DNA from: Prochlorococcus sp. AG-355-J09
Lineage (GTDB): Bacteria; Cyanobacteriota; Cyanobacteriia; PCC-6307; Cyanobiaceae
NCBI GenBank assembly: GCA_003278735.1
Contig: QCDO01000009.1
Coordinates: 1,060-65,059 of the forward strand
Direction of reading: 5' to 3'
DNA length: 64,000 nt
This document shows, piece after piece, positions 56,776-64,000 of the stretch (positions are counted from its first letter, which is position 1; the number at the start of each line of letters is the position of its first letter). Made by a program: the position numbers and the translations under genes. Below the pieces are notes generated by a model. It saw nothing but the letters and a program-made list of their open reading frames with translations. It was not told the DNA's origin and made no database searches.

Positions 56776-56840
56776 CTTTCTTTTGAGGTATCCTGAGGTC
56801 GGGTGACGTCCTAAATTTTGAAGATTGTAGTGCTTGCAAT

Positions 56841-56863
56841 AAAAAAGACCCCTAGTGGAGTCT
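56841..56863 (-). terminator. Intrinsic terminator immediately downstream of tRNA-Asn, inside the element
   Basis: Minus strand AGACTCC-ACTA-GGGGTCT-TTTTT: 7-bp stem with one G-U pair, then a U-tract. Confidence 0.75.
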
Positions 56864-56891
56864 CTTGATTACTACTGATGTTTGAATAAAA

Positions 56892-56963
<72 letters not shown>

Positions 56964-57012
56964 ATATAGAATGAATTTAGCTCTTTAAAGTACCTTATGA
57001 CAAGTACAAGAG

Positions 57013-57687
57013 TTAATTATATTGAAATTTTGATGGTTCTTGCCAGCTAGATAAAAAACCATTTTTCAACTCTGCTACTGCATCAGCATAAGTTAATTCT
57101 TCATAACGATGAGTAATCCACAAAGCCGATAAAGGTTTTTTATAATCACTTGTGAGATTTTTAATAGTTCGTAAAACTTTTAATTGACTAGTTTGATCAA
57201 GTAACGCTGTAGGCTCATCTAAAAGAATAAAATTTCTATTACTAATAAGAGCACTTGCAATGGTTAAGCGTTGTTTTTGTCCACCGCTCAAAGTATGAAC
57301 TGGCCTTTTTTCAAAACCAGTCATTCCTACCTGATCAAGTACATATTCAATTTTTTTATTAATTTCATTTTGACTTATATTCTGATTAATATTAATCAGA
57401 AGTTCACTCCTACAGTTTGGCATCAATATTTGATGATCAGGATTTTGGAACACCATGCCAATATTTGCATTAGAGTAGATAAAACCATTTTTGGGTTTGA
57501 TTATTCCATTAATTAATTTTAAAAGAGTACTTTTTCCGCTCCCGTTTTTACCTACGACCATCCAAAATCCATTTTTTTTTATTGATAAATTACATTTAAA
57601 AATTAAATTTTCTTTTTCTCCAGGATATGAAAAAGAAACATCTTTAAAGTTAATATGAGGTATTTCATTTTCAAAGGAATCTAGCAT
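57013..57687 (-). CDS. ABC/ECF transporter ATP-binding protein (CbiO/EcfA-like)
   Basis: GKNGSGKST, FQNPD, LSGGQ, LLDEPT, ITH. Confidence 0.9.
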   Translation of the reverse strand: MLDSFENEIPHINFKDVSFSYPGEKENLIFKCNLSIKKNGFWMVVGKNGSGKSTLLKLINGIIKPKNGFIYSNANIGMVFQNPDHQILMPNCRSELLININQNISQNEINKKIEYVLDQVGMTGFEKRPVHTLSGGQKQRLTIASALISNRNFILLDEPTALLDQTSQLKVLRTIKNLTSDYKKPLSALWITHRYEELTYADAVAELKNGFLSSWQEPSKFQYN

Positions 57688-57695
57688 TAATTCTA

Positions 57696-57974
57696 TTAAT
57701 CTATGTTGAGAGAAAATCCTGGTCTTTTAGCTCCTCCTGCTACTGAAGATTTTTCATATATCTGAACAGAAATGATTTCTTTAGCTCTTACAGCAATTAA
57801 TTTATCTTGCACTTTGTCACACCTTAATTCGATCAAGTTTGATGATTCCAAAGTTTCATTCATAGAACTTTTTATTTCTTCATAAATTCCTTTTACATCA
57901 TCAAATTCTTTCTTCTGAATTGAAAGTGGAAAAGGTGAATATCTCAGACTTAGTTCCAACGAATACATAATCAT
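57696..57974 (-). CDS. Conserved cyanobacterial hypothetical protein
   Basis: 92-aa ORF co-oriented with the ABC ATPase; PFPLSIQKK...RPGF. Confidence 0.75.
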   Translation of the reverse strand: MIMYSLELSLRYSPFPLSIQKKEFDDVKGIYEEIKSSMNETLESSNLIELRCDKVQDKLIAVRAKEIISVQIYEKSSVAGGAKRPGFSLNID

Positions 57975-58119
57975 AATAAAAACTACCTCTTATATTACTA
58001 AATATTTTTCAGCAGGAAGTTATTTAATTTAAATTCTTTTGAGAAAATTATACAAAAGATCTTTAAATACAATTATTATAGATGAAGGAAATTTTATTTT
58101 GAATTTTGAAAATAATTTC

Positions 58120-59088
58120 ATGGGAATAGCAAATGATATAACTTCTCTAGTTGGAAATACCCCATTAGTTAAATTAAATCGAATCAGAAAGTATTTTGAT
58201 TGTTATCCAGAAATAATAGCCAAACTAGAAAGTTTCAATCCATCAGCGTCAGTTAAGGATCGGATCGCTTATTCAATGTTATGTAAAGCTGAAGAAGAAG
58301 GATTGATAACACCAGATAAAACAACGTTAATTGAAGCAACTAGTGGAAATACTGGCATCGCATTAGCAATGGTTGCAGCAGCAAAAGGCTATAAATTGAT
58401 ATTGACTATGCCGGATACGATGAGTATTGAGAGAAGGGCAATGTTGAGAGCATATGGAGCTGAATTACAGCTAACACCCGGGAGAGACGGAATGAAAGGA
58501 GCTTTAGATTTAGCTAATGAGTTGTCTTCAACCATTGCAAATAGCTATCAATTTAATCAGTTTGAAAACTTTGCTAATCCAGATATTCATGAAAGAACGA
58601 CGGCTCAAGAAATATGGTCCCAATCCAATAACAATTTAGATGGACTAGTTACAGGAGTAGGCACAGGAGGAACAATTACTGGTTGTGCACGTTTTTTGAA
58701 AAAAGTTAATCCAAATTGCAAAATTTATGCCGTAGAGCCCAAAAAAAGTGCTGTGATTTCCGGAGAAAAAGCAGGATCTCATTCGATTCAAGGAATTGGT
58801 GCGGGTTTTGTACCAAAAGTTCTTAATACTAAATTAATTGATGAAATTATAAAAATAGATGACGATGAAGCATTTTATTATGGGCGTTTATTAGCTAGAT
58901 TGGAAGGCCTTTTATCTGGCATCAGCAGCGGTGCAGCTTTAGCAGCAACTATAAAAATCGGCAAAAGAAAAGAACTAATGAATAAAAGATTGATAGTTAT
59001 TCTTCCAAGTTTTGGAGAAAGATATTTATCAACAGCAATGTTTGAATCTAATACTTCAATTCAAGCCAGAAAAGATGGTTATCTTTAA
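58120..59088 (+). CDS. cysK: Cysteine synthase A
   Basis: VGNTPLV, SVKDR, TSGNTG, GVGTGGT, IQGIG. Start corrected to ATG 58120. Confidence 0.96.
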   Translation: MGIANDITSLVGNTPLVKLNRIRKYFDCYPEIIAKLESFNPSASVKDRIAYSMLCKAEEEGLITPDKTTLIEATSGNTGIALAMVAAAKGYKLILTMPDTMSIERRAMLRAYGAELQLTPGRDGMKGALDLANELSSTIANSYQFNQFENFANPDIHERTTAQEIWSQSNNNLDGLVTGVGTGGTITGCARFLKKVNPNCKIYAVEPKKSAVISGEKAGSHSIQGIGAGFVPKVLNTKLIDEIIKIDDDEAFYYGRLLARLEGLLSGISSGAALAATIKIGKRKELMNKRLIVILPSFGERYLSTAMFESNTSIQARKDGYL

Positions 59089-59104
59089 TGCATAATTTCT
59101 AAAG

Positions 59105-59782
59105 ATGGAAAAAAATTTATATGAAGAATTAGGTCTCAAACAAAATGCAACCATAAGTGAAATTAAATCTTCATATCGCTCTTTAGTTAAGCAACATCAT
59201 CCAGATGCAGGCGGCAAGAAAGAACGATTTCTTGCCATACAAAATGCCTGGGAAACTCTAAATGACCCTATTAAAAAGAAACAATACGATAGCAGTTTTT
59301 CCTTTTCCAGCTCATCATATGATTCATTAAATGAAAATTGGGAAGAGAAATTTAATTCAAAAAAACATAATTCTTCAATTAAGGACAAAGAAGTTGAAAC
59401 ATGGATTAAAGAAATTTATAGTCCGATAAATAGATTAATTAGTCAAATCATTAAACCTTTGAATAACGAAATAAAAGAACTATCTGCGGATCCATATGAT
59501 GACGAACTAATGGAAAATTTTTGCAGTTATATTATTCTTTCACAAAAGAAAATAGAAAAAGTTGAAAAAATTTATAACAAAAAAATAGTTCCAAAGTCTA
59601 TTTCAGCTTTAGGCCTCGATCTTTATCATTGTTTTTCACAAGTTAAAGATGCGCTATCAGAATTTGATAGATATACACAAGGATACGTAGATAATTATTT
59701 ATTTGATGGCAAAGAAATGATCAAAGAAGCAAAAAGAATACAATCAAAGATGTCTATAGAGAAAAAAAATAAAAACTTTTAG
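59105..59782 (+). CDS. DnaJ-domain protein
   Basis: N-terminal J domain with HPD motif. Confidence 0.9.
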   Translation: MEKNLYEELGLKQNATISEIKSSYRSLVKQHHPDAGGKKERFLAIQNAWETLNDPIKKKQYDSSFSFSSSSYDSLNENWEEKFNSKKHNSSIKDKEVETWIKEIYSPINRLISQIIKPLNNEIKELSADPYDDELMENFCSYIILSQKKIEKVEKIYNKKIVPKSISALGLDLYHCFSQVKDALSEFDRYTQGYVDNYLFDGKEMIKEAKRIQSKMSIEKKNKNF

Positions 59783-59793
59783 ATATAAAAATT

Positions 59794-60030
59794 TTATTGA
59801 GTATATTCTTTTAGTTGATCTAATTTCAACCAAACATCTGGAACAGGTCTGCGCCATCGAACCTGAGCATATTCCTCTTTGACTGAAAGTATCTCTCCAG
59901 GACCTTCAAAGACATAATTAGGTAGATCATCATCACTGGCTAGCGCTTCAATACTTTTTATATAATTTTCTCTATCGACAAAAACTAAGCTTCCTTTCTT
60001 GAGAGGCTTCTTTGGAATAGAATCTGTCAT
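59794..60030 (-). CDS. ndhO: NDH-1 subunit O
   Basis: LKKGSLV, SIEALASD..LPNYVFEGPGE, PVPDVW. Confidence 0.92.
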   Translation of the reverse strand: MTDSIPKKPLKKGSLVFVDRENYIKSIEALASDDDLPNYVFEGPGEILSVKEEYAQVRWRRPVPDVWLKLDQLKEYTQ

Positions 60031-60166
60031 GATAAATTCAAGAAAGTTATTTGGAATCCATTATACAAAAACTTGTTTGAAAACTATTAAAAAAAATTTA
60101 TACCGGAATAATTTTTACAAACGTCTAAAAAATTTAATAGTCTTTAATGATAAACATCTATAAGAT

Positions 60167-61093
60167 ATGCGTCTTTTACTACTTGGCTGCACTGGATTTA
60201 TTGGTAAAGAATTAGTACCAACACTACTTAATAAAAATCACGAAATATACATTGTAAGTAGAAAACCAATTAGTAAATTAAATCTTGATTTAGATTTCAA
60301 TAAGTTTAAATTTTTTCAAATAGATTTATCAAAAGAAAAAAACTGGAATAACGAAAATCTTCTAAATATTTTAAAAGAGACAGATGGAATTATTAACTTG
60401 ATGGGAGAACCCATAGCAGAAAAAAAATGGACTTCTGAACAAAAACAGGAGATTGAAAATAGTCGTATTAACACCACGAAATTTATGATAAAGACCCTTA
60501 AAAATTTAAAAATCAACCCAAAAGTCATTATAAATGGATCAGCTATAGGATATTACGGTACAAGTTTGTCTAGTGAATTCACTGAAAATAGTCCTGTAGG
60601 AAAAGACTTTTTATCTAATCTTTGCAAAAAATGGGAAGCAGTCGCCGCTGAAAAACCGTTTTTCTCAAGGTTAGTTATTTTTAGAGTTGGAATTGTTCTA
60701 GAGAAAGACGGAGGAGCATTAGGAAAAATGCTCCCTATATTTAAAGTTGGATTAGGTGGACCAATTGGAGATGGTAAGCAATGGATGAGTTGGATTCATA
60801 GAACTGATTTATGTGAATTAATTACTCAAGCATTAGTTGATAAAAAGTATTCAGGAGTATTTAATGCTGTTGCACCAAATCCAGTATTAATGAGAGAATT
60901 TTCTCAGACTTTAGGCAAATGTCTGAATAGACCTAATTTACTTCCAGTGCCTGGAGCGGTTTTAAAAATATTGTTAGGAGATGGAGCGAAAGTTGTTTTA
61001 GAGGGACAAAAAGTAATTAGCAGTAAACTAAAAAATTATTCTTTTAAATATCCTCTTCTTGAGAAAGCAATTTACGCCTCCACCAAGAATTAA
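60167..61093 (+). CDS. TIGR01777-family NAD-dependent epimerase/oxidoreductase
   Basis: GCTGFIG, SAIGYYG, LGGPIGDGKQWMSWIH, FNAVAP. Confidence 0.9.
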   Translation: MRLLLLGCTGFIGKELVPTLLNKNHEIYIVSRKPISKLNLDLDFNKFKFFQIDLSKEKNWNNENLLNILKETDGIINLMGEPIAEKKWTSEQKQEIENSRINTTKFMIKTLKNLKINPKVIINGSAIGYYGTSLSSEFTENSPVGKDFLSNLCKKWEAVAAEKPFFSRLVIFRVGIVLEKDGGALGKMLPIFKVGLGGPIGDGKQWMSWIHRTDLCELITQALVDKKYSGVFNAVAPNPVLMREFSQTLGKCLNRPNLLPVPGAVLKILLGDGAKVVLEGQKVISSKLKNYSFKYPLLEKAIYASTKN

Positions 61094-61313
61094 TACCGTT
61101 TACTAAAGCACCAATAATTAGAATTGTTATCAATGGAACTACAAGAGGATTCCAAACTATCTGAATAAAATTAATAAAAATAAATATCCCATTAAATTGC
61201 ATGATGATTGCAAAAATAAAAAATATTGCAAAAAAAATGACTGTAAATAAATTTATTAATAACAAATTATCGATAATTTGTTTTAACTTATTTTGATTAT
61301 TCTCCTTAGTCAT
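61044..61313 (-). CDS. Small hypothetical membrane protein
   Basis: Two hydrophobic segments; overlaps the neighbouring genes. Confidence 0.7.
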   Translation of the reverse strand: MTKENNQNKLKQIIDNLLLINLFTVIFFAIFFIFAIIMQFNGIFIFINFIQIVWNPLVVPLITILIIGALVNGINSWWRRKLLSQEEDI

Positions 61314-62508
61314 TTTTTATAACAATATTCATATCATCAACCATTTTAGGACAAGCTTTGTTTTCACCCAGTCTTTTTTTAGCATTTACATTACATGAGA
61401 TCATAAACTTCTTATTTAACTGTATAAGGTATATTACTTTTATGATCAATTTAATTGTCTGATTGATTTGGTCATTTTTATCTTTATAATTACTGGCACA
61501 AAAAACATATTTTCCAAGCAAACGTCTTTGCGCTTCTGCAAAAGTTTTTGTAAATTGTGGACCTTTTCCTTCAATCTGAATAACTGGTTTTCCTAATCCA
61601 ATCGCCTGCTCTGCTGCTGTTCCTGCCATGCTAATACAGCATCTACTTTTCGATAATATTTTGTCAAAATTGTTCCAATATATATTCACTTCTAAAAATT
61701 TATATTGGAATTTCAAGAGATTATCATCTTTTATATTTTCTATATTTAACCATCCTCTTTTTTGAAATATCTCCTTTATTTTTGATGAAGATAGAGCATT
61801 AACTATTGCAAAATTAAACTGAATTTTTTGAAAATATCTTAAATCTGACAATGCCTCTAATACCTCTAAAATAAAAACAAAATTATCTAAAATCTCAGGG
61901 AATCTACTTCCTGGAAATAATCCAATACTAAATTCAGCTTTATTTAATTCTTTGTTTCTAGGAAAAAACTTGTCCATAAATGGATTGCCTAAAAAAGAAA
62001 CTTTCTTTTTTAATTGCAATGTTAAATCATTAGCTGTAAGGGAATCTCTCGCATATATTTTTTTTGCTTTTTGTGAGACCAAGAAAAATTTAGAGGGCCA
62101 TGGTAATTTCAACTTCCCTTCATAATGGCTGGAATAAGCAACTAGGTATGTAAAAAAATCTTTCTTACAAACCCATGCAAAAAAAACTGGCACAATATCT
62201 CCAACTACAAAAAAATAATCATATTTATTTCTTACTTTAAAAGTTAAATATAATCTCTTTAGAAGATAAAATATCTCTCCTCCTAATATCTCAGTAAGTC
62301 TTCCCTTAAAAGTATTATAGCCAATTCCTCCAGTTCTAAATTCATTAGTTTTACCAATAATTTTAATTTTTTCTTTTTCGTAATGGTTTCCCATTCCAAC
62401 AATTGGCAAAGCATGAACAGAATAACCACTTTTTACGAATTGTTTAGCTAATAGACTGCCAGAAAGATCTTCTCCATGTCCATTACTTAATATTAAAATC
62501 TTAAACAA
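61306..62508 (-). CDS. Lipid-A-disaccharide synthase-related protein
   Basis: SNGHGED, GNPFMD, FPGSR, GTAAEQAIGLGKP, GPQFT. Confidence 0.85.
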   Translation of the reverse strand: MFKILILSNGHGEDLSGSLLAKQFVKSGYSVHALPIVGMGNHYEKEKIKIIGKTNEFRTGGIGYNTFKGRLTEILGGEIFYLLKRLYLTFKVRNKYDYFFVVGDIVPVFFAWVCKKDFFTYLVAYSSHYEGKLKLPWPSKFFLVSQKAKKIYARDSLTANDLTLQLKKKVSFLGNPFMDKFFPRNKELNKAEFSIGLFPGSRFPEILDNFVFILEVLEALSDLRYFQKIQFNFAIVNALSSSKIKEIFQKRGWLNIENIKDDNLLKFQYKFLEVNIYWNNFDKILSKSRCCISMAGTAAEQAIGLGKPVIQIEGKGPQFTKTFAEAQRRLLGKYVFCASNYKDKNDQINQTIKLIIKVIYLIQLNKKFMISCNVNAKKRLGENKACPKMVDDMNIVIKND

Positions 62509-62509
62509 T

Positions 62510-62938
62510 CTAAAATTCCAACCATTTTTTTACTTTGGTTAATTCAGGCCAATCTGGATATCTATTTAATCCGTCTTCAACAGATTCTTTCAACTCACTT
62601 TTCACATCTGGCATCATCATAGACATTTTTTTTATTAACTCAATATGATCCCTAACACCTTTATTATTGGTAGCCAAAAGAGCTAAAGACAAATTCATTC
62701 TTGCTTGTGGATCTTGCTGATTTAATCGAACAGCTTGTCTGGCAGCTGATAAAGCTTCTTCATTATTTTTCAAAAGTAATTGAAGCCATGATAAACAAGT
62801 CCAAGCAGCAAAATGATTTGGAATTTGCTGTATAATTTTTTGAAAATCTTGAACGATTGGAATTAAATCTTGCCCTGCTTTATATCTTGATAAAGCTGCA
62901 TTAAAATCCTCTTCAATGGGATTAATTTCGTTATTCAT
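62510..62938 (-). CDS. TPR-like protein
   Basis: Helical repeat pattern AAWTCLSWLQLL...PQARMNLSLAL. Confidence 0.78.
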   Translation of the reverse strand: MNNEINPIEEDFNAALSRYKAGQDLIPIVQDFQKIIQQIPNHFAAWTCLSWLQLLLKNNEEALSAARQAVRLNQQDPQARMNLSLALLATNNKGVRDHIELIKKMSMMMPDVKSELKESVEDGLNRYPDWPELTKVKKWLEF

Positions 62939-62944
62939 TATTTA

Positions 62945-63337
62945 TTAAACTGCAAAGGAGCTTCCACAACCGCAAGTTTGAGAGGCATTGGGATTTACAA
63001 AATTAAAGCCACCGCCAATTAATTCCTTACTAAAATCTAACTGCATTCCATAAATGTATAAAAGACTTTTAGGATCACAAACTACTTGAAAGCTTTGATC
63101 AGCTTTTAACGAATAATCATAAACTTTATCATCAGGATTTATTTCATCAGCTCCTATAAAATCCATCGTATAACTCATCCCACTACATCCGCCTGATCTT
63201 ACTCCTACCCTTAGTGCTTTTTTATCACTTTGGCCCTTCAATAAATTTGATATTTGTTCTATAGCATCATTCGTAATTAAGATACCTTTGCCATCATCAG
63301 AATTTTTAATTTCCTGTTTAACTTCTACATTTTCCAT
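62945..63337 (-). CDS. iscA: Fe-S cluster assembly accessory protein (IscA/SufA/HesB)
   Basis: GGCSGMSY and CGCGSSF. Start corrected to ATG 63337. Confidence 0.9.
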   Translation of the reverse strand: MENVEVKQEIKNSDDGKGILITNDAIEQISNLLKGQSDKKALRVGVRSGGCSGMSYTMDFIGADEINPDDKVYDYSLKADQSFQVVCDPKSLLYIYGMQLDFSKELIGGGFNFVNPNASQTCGCGSSFAV

Positions 63338-63436
63338 AAACGCGGGATTTCTACTATTTATAATATAAAAACTTAATCGATAGGATGCATAGAACAAACG
63401 TTATCCAAACTTGATTTGTTATAATTTTAAGAAAAA

Positions 63437-64000
63437 GTGAAAATTGCAATAGTTGGTTCTGGATTAGCTGGTCTTACAGCTGCAGTCAATTTAGTTGATG
63501 AAGGTCACAAAGTGGAAATTTACGAGAGCAGGTCATTTTGGGGAGGTAAAGTAGGAAGTTGGGAAGACAAGGATGGCAACCACATAGAAATGGGTTTACA
63601 TGTATTTTTTTACAATTATGCAAATCTTTTTAAATTAATGAAAAAAGTGGGAGCTCTAGACAATTTACTCCCAAAAGATCATACTCATCTATTTATCAAT
63701 AATGGTGGTAATTTAAAATCTTTAGATTTCAGATTCCCTTTAGGTGCTCCATTTAACGGACTTAAAGCTTTTTTTACCACCGAACAACTTACTTGGGTAG
63801 ATAAGCTCAGAAATGCCTTAGCTTTAGGGACAAGCCCAATAGTTAGAGGATTGATAGATTATGAAGGCGCAATGAAAATAATTAGAGATCTAGATAAAAT
63901 TAGTTTTAAAGAATGGTTTTTAAACCATGGTGGGAGTCAAAAAAGCTTAGAAAGAATGTGGGATCCCATCGCATATGCTTTAGGTTTTATTAATTGCAAA
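63437..64000 (+). CDS. crtQ: Zeta-carotene desaturase (5' part, runs off the window end)
   Basis: GTG 63437 then [12 protein letters not shown]...[23 protein letters not shown]. Confidence 0.94.
   Translation, partial: MKIAIVGSGLAGLTAAVNLVDEGHKVEIYESRSFWGGKVGSWEDKDGNHIEMGLHVFFYNYANLFKLMKKVGALDNLLPKDHTHLFINNGGNLKSLDFRFPLGAPFNGLKAFFTTEQLTWVDKLRNALALGTSPIVRGLIDYEGAMKIIRDLDKISFKEWFLNHGGSQKSLERMWDPIAYALGFINCK

Overview
AT-rich window from a marine picocyanobacterium, most likely a high-light-clade Prochlorococcus. This is inferred from gene content, gene order and base composition. About 56 kb is densely packed core genome: prfB with its +1 frameshift, grxC-gshB, phylloquinone genes menF/A/C/E plus thioesterase, many ndh genes, chlM, purE, cysC, trpB, gltA, metF, crtP/crtB/crtQ, plsC-fabD-fabH-plsX, rpaB, radA, ycf3, a Cu-type ATPase, tmk, holB, rpaA and cysK. 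The one clearly accessory region is a ~7.2 kb element (49685-56907) integrated at the 3' end of tRNA-Asn(GTT) and bounded by a 19-bp direct repeat. It carries a complete type I restriction-modification system (hsdM-S-R) and a divergent, translationally coupled operon of three small unknown ORFs (67, 57 and 106 aa; the 57-aa ORF is missing from the ORF track). It encodes no recognisable integrase. It nevertheless retains what looks like full att architecture: matching tandem arm-like repeats at both ends, 10-bp-phased repeats, inverted symmetry around the reconstituted core, and a replacement terminator for the tRNA. The best candidate for a new system is therefore a non-autonomous, trans-mobilised defence cassette. 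All product calls come from motif or family recognition by eye; no database searches were run.
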